From assembly GCF_039654945.1 (NCBI RefSeq), contig NW_027361684.1:19530001-19594000 (forward strand): a stretch of DNA of 64,000 nucleotides, read 5' to 3'. This document shows, in pieces, positions 1 to 13,700 of this stretch (positions are counted from its first letter, which is position 1; the number at the start of each line of letters is the position of its first letter). Origin of the DNA: Dendrobates tinctorius (taxonomy: Eukaryota). Under the pieces are notes generated by a model. The model made no database searches. It worked only from the letters and a program-made list of their open reading frames with translations, and was not told the DNA's origin. The translations under genes and the position numbers were made by a program.

Positions 1-895
1 TTAATACATCCTAGAATTGCATTTGCCTTTTTTGCTGCTGCATCACACTGTTGACTCATATTCAGTCTGTGATCTATTAGTATACCCAAGTCTTTTTCAC
101 ATGTGCTGTCACTTAGCCCTATTCCTCCCATTCTATATATGCTTTTTCCATTTTTATTGCCCAGATGTAGTACTTTGCATTTCTCCCTGTTAAAAACCAT
201 TCTGTTAGTTGCTGCCCACTTCTCCAGTTTATTTAAATCTTTTTGAATCCTCTCTCTCTCTTTTCTAGTATTAGCTATCCCTCCTAGCTTTGTGTCATCA
301 GCAAATTTAATCAGTTTACCCTCAATTCCTTCATCTAAATCGTTGATAAAGATGTTGAACAATACAGGGCCCAGGACAGAGCCCTGTGGTACCCCACTTG
401 AGACATTCTTCCAACTGGATGTGCAGCCATTTACGACCACTCTTTGGGTCCGATCACTAAGCCAGTTATGAATCCACCTAACAGTTGCCTTGTCCATTCC
501 ATACTTAATCATTTTTTCAATAAGGATTGTATGAGAGACTTTGTCAAATGCTTTGCTGAAGTCAAGATATACTATATCTACAGCATTTCCTTGATCCACC
601 CAATCAGTGATACCGTCATAGAAGGAAATTAAGTTAGTCTGACATGACTTATTAGTTACAAACCCATGCTGACTCTGTTTAATCACTTCATTCTTATCCA
701 GGTATTGACATACATGTTGTTTAATAATTTGTTCAAAGATCTTTCCTGGTATAGAAGTCAGACTCACTGGCCTATAGTTACCTGGGTCCACCTTCTTCCC
801 CTTTTTGAAGATAGGAACAACATTTGCTCTTCTCCAGTCTTCTGGCACTTCTCCTGTTCTCCAAGAATTTTCAAAGATTATAGAGATTTTCAAAG
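1..895 (-). mobile_element. CR1 LINE ORF2 (reverse transcriptase) fragment
   Basis: Minus strand encodes GVPQGSVLGP (about 368-394), FADDT (about 290-305), YLDFSKAFDKV and NYRPVSLTS. Confidence 0.9.
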
Positions 896-1531
896 ATTAT
901 GTCGCCACCGGACGAGAGCTCCGTGAATCACCTCCTTCCTGCTGGCATCCCTGGATCCGCTTTTGATTTGCCGTCCTGTGTATGAGCATGCCACAATGAG
1001 CATGTTGCGCTAGGCAAGAGAATCAACTAGGATCCGAGATGATTCACAGGGCTACAGTCCGGTGGCCATAAACACATGGGCCATAGAATATTGATGTAGC
1101 CACTGGATCAGGGTCCTGTTAATTGATTCGCCGATCACTAATAGACATTCAGTATTTTTTTACATATAAATATATACACGTGGAATATGAGAGCCACAAG
1201 ACACACTATGTTTTCCTGCTCTAAAGGTAATTTTTCCTACAAGGAATGCCCCTAGGATACCTTTGCAAAGTCATGCTATATGGATGCACCATACAATTGC
1301 ACTCAAAACTGTGCAGATTCTATATACATAGCTCTGTTATGCACATATGGAGCAAAATATTGCAGACTTTACATGTGCCTGTCGAATATTCAGGTTTCCA
1401 TCTCATCTGGCAGAAGAATGCATTGAGAGTATGGCGCTATATGAATTCTTGCTGATATCACTGATCAGTTAAATTCTCTGAATTCTGAGTCAAATATTCT
1501 CAGTACCAATCAATTTGCAATCTAATTTTAG

Positions 1532-1707
1532 CTTAAAGACCCGATCGAGAAGGGAATCTGCAAGTTTTCAAGACATTTTGGCGTACGTCAAGCAACCTGT
1601 GGGAATGACCAGAAATGTTATCCGATCGGCAGATTACTTGGATGTGACAATTCAGCTTATAAATGAGGAGTTGAAGATTACCCATCCTGGCAGGTTCAAT
1701 GTTTCAG
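1532..1707 (+). CDS. Peroxidase exon (MPO exon 3 equivalent, propeptide)
   Basis: tttag|c...tcag|gtaata; [42 protein letters not shown]...FNVS. Confidence 0.9.
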
Positions 1708-4700
1708 GTAATAAAAATGGGGACACGGGTATAACAGTAACCTTAGCAGTCACACATGGGCCCTTATGCCTGACAAAGGATTGTTTGCCACAAATGACAA
1801 CACCATTAATGGAACATGGTAGGTACGGACCCTTTTACAGAGAAGTTAAACCTCTGACGAGAGATTAATATACAACTAGCTACAGATTAAATACAGAATG
1901 CAAAAGATTCACACTACTGTGGTTTGTTGTTTACTTTGGCACTCCGTGGTTAATTCTGTAGAATTAACATCAATTATCTATCTAGTGATATTTTCAGGAT
2001 TTTTTGGTTTTACAGGATGATGGCTACTTATTAAACTACAGAAAAAAGTAAATTTCAGTCTCAACAACCAGTCAAGTTACAAGTTTTTTCTTGCTTTTTT
2101 ATGCTTTAAAGTTGCCAATATTAAGGGTTATGTCAACTTTGCCAGTGTAACCATTAAAGAGGATGTGTCTCTTGCTCAAATATATTGAGTTAAATACTTA
2201 GTAAAAATTCTTCAGCTCCCTTGACTCTGCTACTACGCTCCGTTTTGCACTGCATTTGTTGCTTAGTACATTTGTTGCTTTTGGAGCACAGTATGGGAAA
2301 TCTCTGCTTGTAGTTCAACTGGGAGTGTCTTCAAAGTTTTCTCTGGGTGTGTGTACTTTCACCCCTCCTTGCAAGGCACTGTCAATCACAGCACTCAGTC
2401 TAGCAATCTCAGGCACTGCATTTGGGATGGAGGGGTGAATGCACACACTCCTAAAGATGACTATGAAGACACGCCCAGTTGAACTACAAACAGAGATTTC
2501 ACATATGGTGTTCCAAAAGCAACAAAAGTGAATATCTCTGATATGGAGTGATGCAGCACAAAATGGAAATGAGCAGCAGAGTCAGGGGAACTTAGGGATG
2601 TTTACAAAGTAAATACCTCATTTTTTAACAATAGTAGGATATTTTTAGTCAAAGTTAAAGCATCAATTGGAGCCAAAAATGGTTACATATATTTTTTAAA
2701 GCATATTAGATCCTTATTAGATTCGTCTTTTGAAATAGATAAATTGTGAAATCAAATGAAGAAATTAAACCTATTGTATGATCATGTTAGTTTTATAGAA
2801 ATGACATTCAATCAGTAATACTCACATTAAACTCTATAGATGTACTAACAGCAGAACAAAATGAAATAATTTCCCAACTGACTGGATGCGCATATCAGTA
2901 CCTACCAAAAGTTTGTGAGCCTTCACCGTACCGCAGCATTACTGGAGAGTGTAATAATAGGTAAGGGATCGCTTCACAGACAGAAGAATAATAACCTGCC
3001 TTATACAAACCATCTGCCATAAGGTAATGTGACACATAAATGGGACCTTTGTGATGGTAGTCCACTCATCTGAGATCTGATCAGACACTTGTGATGGTAG
3101 TCCACTCATCTGAGATCTGATCAGACAATCACTGTAACGTGGCCGGTAATGAGATTGCTGTCAAGAAGCAGCTGCTGGGAGGCATGCATGCACATCATGA
3201 ATAGCTGGCTGCACATGGAAATAGTGGTATGACTGTATAGGAATTTGTCCCATAACAAAAATTATACTTTGTGCCAATCATGAGAAATTTAGCCTAGACA
3301 TCATGTACAAAGCAGGCTGAGCGTGTACTTGGGGTGTGTCAATTTCCTTGGACTACTGTTAACACACCCCTAGTGCATTTTCAGCCTGATTTATTTATGG
3401 CTTTTATTTTTCATTTTCGGCCCCTCGGATTTCTACAGAAAGGTATCATTTTTCTTTGGGTGCATTAAATATGCTAAAGATTCTTCTCTGAGGAGGACAT
3501 TTGCATATATAAATTCCAAGAAGAGTATTGCATTGCCTATAAGTCTCCTTACATGGACTTGGCACTCTCCACAAGGTGAAACATTCCTTATTAGAGGGCA
3601 AGAATCTATACAGCTATAGTACTACTTTCATATATAAAAACACGCTGACAGTTTTTCTTTTAAGATTGTAATGCAATTCCGTAGCAGAATAAATTATGTT
3701 TTGCAATTCTGTTATCATTTTTACAGAAAGAAACCTATTCTTGGTGCATCCAACACTGGTTACAAACGTCTTCTCAAGCCAGAATATGAGGATGGTATAT
3801 CATTGCCACGAGGCTGGACTAAAAGCCGTCCCATCAATGGGTTTACTCTTCCCTTGGTAAAAAATATCTTAGCAAGATGTTTTGACTTTCCAATTACCAG
3901 AAGTAGCTGCAGAAATAATTTGGATTCTGATTAAGTAGTCTATGTTTTTACACCCCCTAAAATTTCTGCTGACAACCATGTTGATAGTAGCACAGCTACA
4001 TGCAGTTCCCTTTACTCTGTAATACAGTAGATTACAATGTGATCATTAGCACTAGATTCTCCATAACAGCACATCCACCACTGTGTAGTGAATGGTGTGT
4101 AAATACCTTAATTTATTCATGGAGAGTTAGAGGTGAAGTTTCTTAAGAAATTGCCATGCTATATGGTAACCTGTCAGGAGTTCTGTGGTTAAAAAAAGCA
4201 ATGGCTGTGCCAGGCCGGAAAGGAAAGCACAGGTGCAAAGATACCTGTATAGCCACTGTAGGAAAACCAGGTAGGACTGGGTTAAATCCTAGTTCTGAAG
4301 ATCTTGATAAGATGCACCTGACTAGCTTTGTCTAAGAAACAGGGCATGTGTTCACTTGGGAGCTCTAGTCTGCTGGGGATGTTGAACAGAGTGGAGTGTG
4401 TTGAAGCTGGTGAGTGACCAGCCAAAATGGGAGCTGTAGCTGGGGGAGAGACAAGCCTAAGTGTCTCTCTCATTGAAGACTGTACTGGTCAGCTAGAAAA
4501 GCTGAGCAGACTGTGTTTTGGAGCTGCAGAGTAACTTGTAGAAGCTGCAGCTTGTTCAGAGTGAACTGTGCATAGTGTTGAACATTTCTGTTTAGTGCTG
4601 GAAGCTGTTGCAGCTCAGGCTGACAGTGATATCGAGACTGGTAGGAACACATCTGTTCTTTGTGTAAAGTTTGCTTAGGGAGAATGGACTGTATATATCA

Positions 4701-7700
4701 CCTTATTGTGCTTGGGAGGAAGAAAAGACCTCTGTTGTTGTTATCCAAAAGCTGAGAGGGAGTGGAGTGTAATCTGGGTGAGCTTGCACTGACATTTATG
4801 TGCCTGCTGAATTAACTGTTTATTTGCTGTTACACATATGTGCTTAGAAGAGGTTGTTTTGGTTTTGAATTCCTTTGAGTTTTATGAAAGCAATAAAACT
4901 GCACGTTTGGACCAAACCGCATTGCTTATGTGAATACTACCTAATGACTACCTGAGATTGTGAAGCCCTACACTACCTATACCTTTTGCAATCCAATGAA
5001 AATTAGCTTTGTTCTATTATGCAATTGAGGTGACAAAATCACCAAGTGACGTCTCCGACATTATCTATAGAGTCTGTTCAATGCTCGCACCTGCACAGTA
5101 GGGAGCAAAAGCAACGCAGGCGCAACAGACTGTGTTGTTCATGGCAGCCATTTAAATCAATCAGGAGGACCCCCATTACAGGGACTTAGCACGGTCCAGA
5201 GATGCCCACCAGACCGGATGGGGCCAATTAACATACAGTACAAGACAATTATAAAAGTTATCTTCTTAGGTATTTTGGGGTCTAATGAAGGGGTTGCAAG
5301 AATACTGTTAAAGATGACTAAAAGGTGATGAATGTAGTTTTTATAGTGAAAACCTTATGAAAGGTTACCTCTAATAATTCCTACTACTCATCTATAGGAA
5401 ACATTTATAAGAACTGTATATTAGAAAACACATTTACCTGCATAGCATGTGTCATGAAAGAAAAATATGAAGTATGGGTTTACAAATTCACCCTAAATAT
5501 GTAACAAATTCTTCAATAGGCTCGTGCAGTGTCAAATGAAATAGTGAAGTTCCCCACCGAGTCATTGACCTTGGATGAAAGTAGATCACTGATGTTCATG
5601 CAGTGGGGTCAGTGGCTGGATCACGATACTGACCTCTCTCCTGACACTCCCATAAGATCGACATTCTTTCAAGGAGTAGATTGTGAAAAAAGCTGCATGC
5701 AGGCACACCCTTGTTTCCCATTAATGGTAAGAGATCTTCTAAATCTGCTCATCTTCTTAAGGATAATTGCACAGGAAAAAAACAAGTCCGGTTTTAATTC
5801 AGAAAAAAATAACGATTTTTCACCTGTATTGTGTCACCTGTATGCCATTTGTTTTTAACATTTACAAGACCAAAAACTGTTTTCTATGTTAAAGAGGACC
5901 CGTAGTCAGGTCAAAATTGGCCAGTTATTGCCATGGTTTTATTCCCATTCCTCCAGAAGAACAAGAATAAAATAATTCCTCGTTCCAGAAATACAGGCCT
6001 TTTCATTTAGGCTAATTTTATGGTCTTTACCATGGGGGTGTGGCTCACATGATTTTCTGTGGACGTGTCTTTAGGCTGCTCTGCATATATCCCAGGGAGC
6101 ACAGCCCCCTTAGTAAAGATCCTAAAAATTAGCACTAAATGAAAAGGCCCTTTTCTCGGGAACCGTATTGTGAATTTCAAAAAAACCCACAAAATTCTCT
6201 GAGGAGCAATAAAATAAGAATAAAAATGGTGGCAGGATGTCGTTCATCTACAAAAATTAGATGCTATACATCTAATCTCTATGGCACCCGATTTTTTTTC
6301 TGTGCATCCATTCACTCAAATAGGCGAGTTATATAGCCGAGACATATGGAAGAGTCTAGTGCATGCTGCAATTTTTAATTCGGCCATTAAGTCATCTGAA
6401 CAGCCTAGTTGTGTAACATTGCTCAGATGATGTCAGTTCTTTATGCAGACAACACTAAGTCCTGCTTGTTGTTTCTTCTTTGGGCTTTGTTTTTACCGCT
6501 TTCTGTGTTACTGCGTTACTGCGTTGAAAATACAGATTAGATAGTAGAAAAAACTTTTTGGCAGTGAGGATGATCAATGAGTGGAACAGGCTGCCACGAG
6601 AGGTGGTGTGTGCTCCTTCAATGGAAGTCTTCAAAACAGAGGCTGGACAGACATCTGTCTCAGATGCTTTAGTGAATCCTGCATTGAGCAGGGGGTTGGA
6701 CACGATGACACTTGAGGTCCCTTCTAACTCTACCATTATATGATTCTATGATTTACTAAGCTTTAAAAATGAAATAGCAACTTAAGTCTATGAGTCAATT
6801 TAGTTTTGGTGACACCAAATTTACAGGGTTTTTATTACTATTTTAAAAAAATTGCTTTTGTCTCATGTTCATAAGTTTTTCATGTTTTGCTCAATACAGT
6901 TGTATGAGGGCTCGTTGCTTTTCTTAGTACCATTTTGGGGTCCATTTTTGAGTGAGGTGATTTCTTTTTGAGATATCTTTTGATCTCTGTTTTAGTTCCA
7001 CTTTTTGGGGGGCTAACAGCAACTTATATTGCACTATGAAAGCAAAAACACAATTGCCAGGAGCATCTAAGCTGACATTTTTATCACTTCTACCATCATT
7101 TTTAAATGTGCATTATATGTTCTGTTTTCATATTGTTAAGGGCAAGGCACACATTATTAAGGGAGTCTTAAAATGGTCTGATAACATTACAATTTTTTTT
7201 GTATTTTAGATTCCGTTAAATGATCGTCGCTACGTTAATGGTTCTGAATGCATCCCTATGATTCGCTCGGCCCCAGTGTGCAATTTGGTAACTCCAGTTC
7301 GTGAACAGATCAATGTTCTAACTTCCTATGTTGATGGAAGCCAGGTGTATGGCAGTGACATCAAATTAGCCACCATACTGCGGAACCACACAAACCAATT
7401 GGGTCTATTGGCCATTAATCAGCAATTTATAGACAATGGTTTCCCCTTCCTGCCTTTCACTGAGAATCCAGATGACCTTTGTGCCAAGGCAAACCAATTA
7501 TTCGGACTTCCCTGTTTTCTGGCAGGTGAGGTTGAGCAAGTTTCTTCAATATTCTTGATAAGATTCAGTATATAGCCACTGGATTTCTTAGTTAAAGTAT
7601 GAATTTTTATTAACTCCTTACCGACATTGAGCATATAGTTACGTGATAGGCCGGCTCCCTTACTTTTATGCGGGCTCAGGAACTGAGCCCACATCTTTGC

Positions 7701-10700
7701 CAACAGATAACAGCTGTGATAACAGCTGTGATAAAAAGCCATTATTTGCCTCTAACAGCTGCAAGATAAGCTCCATCTGCTGCTGTTACCTGTTAAATTC
7801 CTGTGTTATTCTCTGACAGTGGCATTTACGCTATGCCAGCAGGGGGGAACCATCACTCTATGTGCCCATCATCATCCCTGTGATGCGATAACAGAGTGCT
7901 GATTTGTTACCATGATGGCCAGGGGTCTGCTGAAGACCCCCGTCTCTGCCATGATGGCACTTTTTTGAATGCCAGCTTCTCAATGGAGTTCATAGAAGAC
8001 CTTTGTTTTTGCTACATACTGCAATACTGTAGAATGGATGTATATAGCACAAGCGATCAGGTGATCGAAGGTTCAAGTCCCCCAAGGACACTATCAAATA
8101 CAGTGAAAAGTGAAAAAAATTGTTATTTAAAATATGAAAAAAATAATAAAAACAAACGATCAAACCTTGGACCGCAGGTGAGGCGGAAAAAAGCTTTTGC
8201 TCGGCGGCACTGTTTCAAGGCGACAGGAGCCATGAACTTCAGATTCCCAGTGAGGGGTGCGGAATGATCCGCCGGCACCTCCACAGAGGCTACTTGAACA
8301 CTGCCCCCATGCACCTTCCCACACAGTCCTTGCTCCAGCCCAGTATACTCCCCGAGGACCACTCAATATGGGGAGAATGGCAACGTAACCAGGGGAATTC
8401 AAGAAGCACCTGGTCGATGCCCTTAGGCATGATGAGCAGGGACAACATCTCGCGATGAGACGGGGAGATTGAGAACCCCAGGGGTGCTGTCTGGTGGGTA
8501 ATCTAAGACGGTAAGGTAGATCCGTTAACCACCCTAACGGTCACGGGGTGAGGAAGTGGCACCAGTGGAATGGCGTGCTTTTGGGCAAAGACTGAGGACA
8601 TAAAGTTTCCCTCTGCCCCAGAGTCCACTGTGACCTCTACCTCCCAGGAGGAAGCCCCGCTATCTAACGTCCCTCAGAACACTGGTTTGGAGGAGAACGC
8701 TTTCATATTACGTAGATCTCCACCAACTGCCACCGGAGGTGAACATTTTTTCGACCGCTGCTTTCACCTATTAGCCAGGTGGTCCGACTGTCGACACAGG
8801 TAGCAGTAAGTGGGACCCTGTGCCGGACGTGGTCTTGGACCGGTACGGGACACGTCCAATGGTTCAGGAGGTAAAACCTCCAGATCAGGAGGCTCCAGCA
8901 ATTCGGAGAAGCCAGGAGTCGACCTAAACTTCTGTCTGGATTGAGTACGCTCCAGCCCGCGCTCCGTAAAACGGAGGTCTATATGGGTGGAGATTGCTAT
9001 CAACTCTTCCAGGCTGATGGGAACCTCCCTGGTGGATAAGGCATCTTTGACATGCTCAGCCAACCCTCTCCAGAACACAGGGATGAGTGCTCTATCAGGC
9101 CACTCGAGCTCGGAAGCCAGTGTCCGGAAACGAACTGCATACTGACTGACCGACTGAGTTCCCTGCGTAAGCGCAAGTAACTGGAGAGAGGTATCGTGAG
9201 TGACCCATGGGCCCAAGAAGACCTGCTTTAGAGATGTTAAGAACTGAGCAGCGGTCCGAACGTCTGGGTAACCACGTTCCCACAGTGGCGTGGCACACGC
9301 CAACGCCCTGCCCGACAGAAGGGAAACGAGGAACCCCACCTTAGCCCGTTCTGTAGGGAAATGTGCGGCCAGTAACTCAAGCTGAATAGAGCACTGACTC
9401 ACGAAACCCCTACAGGAGGCGCTATCATCAGAAAATTTATCGGGCAATGGGGGGCGGGTAACTGTCGGTGCAGGCATGGATGTGGACACACGTGAGACAG
9501 CCTCTGCGACTGCCTGAGCAGCAGCCTCAGTAAACTTCGCAGCGGAGGCGGCACTCTCGACAGTAGCCAACCTGCCCTCCAGCTGCTGAATGTACCGCTG
9601 AAGCAACTGCATGTCTGCCATTATTAGCCAGACCCTGGCGCTAGTATAATGTTAGGAACGGCGGAACGCACTAAATAAATAAATAATAAAGTGCGTTCGC
9701 CGCTCGGGGTCCACCGTGCAGTAGGTGTTAAAACCGCTGCTAAACAATGGCAGACGCGCTATATGGCGGTATAATGCGCTCGGGTTCAACATCACCCAAT
9801 GAGCGCGGAGCGGACTCTGTTAAACTCACAGAGGCGCTGTAACAAAAACATACAAGTATACACTGAGCCAGTTTGACTTCACCGGACTCAGTGAAATTGC
9901 ACGCATGGTATCTGGTCACAGGACACTGTTCCAAGACAGGGGACGGTGTCAGTCTAGACCTACCGTGCGTGCAGCGTCACTGCTGCAGACGCCGGTAAGT
10001 GCTGCTACATGCAGCGCGGCGGCAGACACAGCCGCTAAGCGATGGTGCCTTGAGAGACGTGACACTACCGGACGCTAGTGTAGAGGTGCGGTGTGCACAG
10101 TGGCGTATGGCTAGCCACTGACTGGCGCGGACTCTAACTATAGTTCCCTATCCACATGCGTAATATCAGAGGGAGGGGAATCTTAATGAGTCAGTCACCA
10201 GAATCATACATCCATCACCATTCACACATCTAGCAAGAATAGTCTAGCCCTTTTATAGCCGTGCGCTGCCGGGACCTTCCAGATCTCTGAGATGGACCAG
10301 TCAGATCAGGAGAAGGACCTGAGAACGTGACTCCCGACCTCCAATGGGAGATCGTCTCATGAGCATACTCAGAGGAGCGGCAGAGGGACTTAGCCTCGGG
10401 AGTAACTTGCTGTGAAGCAGTATGTGAGGCTCTGGACTCCTGCTGTGTAGCCGCAGGAATCCGACGCCTTACACAAAGTCTGTTCTTTCTGACAAGCGGC
10501 ACTGTCATTGATCAGCTGTTGTCGGTTAGGTGGTGGCTGAATGTAAACAGTGTATGGAGCAATAACAACTAAATAGGATCCGAGCTGCACTGACTCCTTA
10601 CATTTTTTATGTATTTCTGCTGCGGGAGTTGATTACAGTTGGTCGATGGCCTTATCATTTGTCAGAACCTCACTACTCTGATATTGATTATCATCACAGT

Positions 10701-13700
10701 GCTGGACAACTGATTTTATCCAAATTTGAGTTTATGTCCTTTAGTGCACCATGGAGTATGTTGACGATATGAATAAACATTGGGTGATTAGCAAATAAAT
10801 AATTGCATTATAAGGTTTTCAAATTATATTGGGTAAAAAAGAGCAATTGCTCTGTGTATGTGAATTATTAAAAAGTAATAGTACATGTAAAACACATATG
10901 GTACTTATTTGACACTTTTGATGGAAACAGCATTAAAGCCATCCCACCTAGACTACAACAGAGCGAGAAATAGGGGAGTTATAGGAAGGGGTAACCAAAA
11001 GTGAGAAGATAAGGATAAACACGCAAACAAATTCCATGGAGCAATCTCCAGAAAAACTCTCCAACCTCTAACTCCAAACACTGAATTTTCTCCTTCAATA
11101 CCAAACCAAGAAGTTGAACTATCACTGGCTACTCCCAAGTGGCAAGCATATATACCAGAGGGGAGTGGCCCACACAGAACAGCTGAGGCACTTCAGGATG
11201 GAGAACTCCAGGAGATAAACTGAACTGATTAACCCTTGCCATTATAAGGCAAGGAATACCTACACTGTTTAATTGGATAGTGAAGCAGTTCGAATAAGTG
11301 CAGTAGTTTAGGTAACCAGACACCGCAATCTTCTGGCCCCTATCTGTCGCGGTAACCCCCTGACACTATTACTATTTATTTATTTACTTACTTTACTTGG
11401 TCATTTTTTTATCTAATATATAAAGCTCAAGTGTGTGTATGTATGTATGTATGCATGTGTGTATGTCCGGGATTGGCATCTGCACCGTCGCAGCTACAGC
11501 CACAAAATTTGGCACAGTCACACGTCTGGACCCCGAGAGTGTCCTAGGATATGTATGATGGGTATATGGGCATGGGACTATGAGATGAAGGATGTGTGAT
11601 GGGTATATGGGCACTCGACTATGGGATGGCGAATATGTATGATGTGTATATGGGCATGGGACTATGGGATGGAGGATGTGTGACGGGTATATGAGCATGG
11701 GACTATGGGATGGAGAATGTGTGATGGGCATATGGGCACTCGACTATGGGATGGAGGATATGTATGATGGGTATATGGGCACGGGCCTATGGGATCGTGG
11801 ATATGTATAATGGGTATATGGGCACGGGACTATGGGAAGGAGGGTAATTATAATTTGCTATAACTAACCACAGTTAGTTACTATGCCCGGGCAGCGCCGG
11901 GCTCTTCAGCTAGTTTTAACTAAATTGTGTCAAATCAGCAAGGTGTGAGATTCCCTTTTATATAGACGATACCCATAAATAAGATCATAATCTTTAAGTA
12001 GAGTTCTTGTTGACTGTTATACCACAATTTATGAAAATAACACTTTACTATAGTTTGGTAATCATTTGAATTGGTTTCAGGGGATATTCGTGTGAATGAA
12101 CAACCAGGGCTGACAGTCTTCCATACTCTCTTCTTGCGAGAACACAACCGTATCGCTACACAGCTACACAAGTTAAACCCAAGTTGGTCAGGAGAGACAC
12201 TATATCAAGAAACCCGCAAAATAATAGGAAGCATCCTGCAGGTGCAGTATATATATAATTTTGCTAAATATACGGTAAGCAATAATTACATAATGCTCTT
12301 GTTCTCAAGCATGGTCTTTAGGGTCTATATTCCTCCAAGAGTGGGTGTTCAGGTGTGACTGCAACTTAGGTTCCTTTTACAGCTACACTTTTGTTCCATC
12401 TGTTGAATTGATATGTGCATGACATCTTTATTTTTGGCCTATAGAAAATAACACACAAGGATTGGCTGCCACTGCTGCTGGGTGAAGAGATGTCAAAGGT
12501 TCTTCCTAGATATAAATCTTACAATGAAGATGAGGACCCATCCGTATCAAATGTCTTTACCAACGCCTTCCGAATGGGTCATACCCTAATTCAGCCATTT
12601 ATTTACAGATTAGCAGAGGGTTATTGTCCCTTTGACCCAGAGCCAGCAGTTCCTCTCCATGAGACTTTCTTTACCACATGGAAGGTGATCAGACAAGGTA
12701 ACTCATTTTTAATTTGCTCCTGAATACACATAATGATGTATTTGATTAGTAGCGGATCATGTTTGACCCACCCACCTTCACCCCAGATCAAAACCATTAG
12801 AAACGATAAGTTAGAAAGCCTAAGGTGCAGAAGTGGATACCCTAGAGTGCCATAGCTCATTGGGTGTGGGACCCTAACTGAGTTTATGGCACATTTGCGA
12901 ACATTTCTTCTTTAATTCTTTTTTAGCACACACCTATTCTCTGGGCCTTCTAGATAGGATAGGGGGAATCTTTAAATTTCCAGACTGTAGGTCCTGTCAT
13001 TATTTACCCTGAAAACTTGTTCACTAATTATTTTAATTGTTATGCACTGTGTGCCACTTTTTGCAAATGTGTCCTGTCATAAGGACCTTTTAGTGGATGC
13101 GGTTCCCTCCCGATTGGTCCAGTGTGGAGTGTGTGTTTATCAGGTTCCAATTCCCCAAGCAAACGTCTAGCTCTACTCAGGAATGTTAGAAGCATAATAT
13201 GCAGGGGTGGACTTATCATTGCTGCTGTCGCACAAGGGCCCAAGAGGTAGGGTGCCCACTAGTCCCTCCAAAAGAAAAGGAATTGTGTATTATGATGAGC
13301 TATTGGGCCATAAAGGGCCCATATACTGTTCTTGCACAGGGGCCATATACTGTTCTTGCACAGGGGCCCTCTCCTGACTGTGTCCGCCAGTGATAACATG
13401 TCTCCCTAAGCTTCAGCGAGGGGAAGCGACCGATCCCTATCCTTCGCTATGGCCTCGTAGTCTGAAGGGATGACAAAAGTTTTATTGGGGACCTTTCTCC
13501 TTTCGGAGTGGGCTGCGATAGACCACACTTTTTTTTGCAATGTTTGAATCTTCACATTTTTCAGAGTGTTTGGGTGGAGAGTACGATCTTGGTCATTCAA
13601 TAAAGCAAAAAAGGGGATCATTTTGTTGTATATAGTACCCTGCTCTGCTAATATGCAGTATATTGTACCCTTCTTGCAGGTGGAATTGACCCTCTACTCC

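Noticed and set aside
900-1531. Search for peroxidase exons 1-2
   Set aside because: No signal-peptide or propeptide exon found; presumably upstream of the window.
10215-10260. Self-priming match for the intronic Gypsy LTR
   Set aside because: Only partial, bulged complementarity to the PBS-position sequence TTATACTAGCG.
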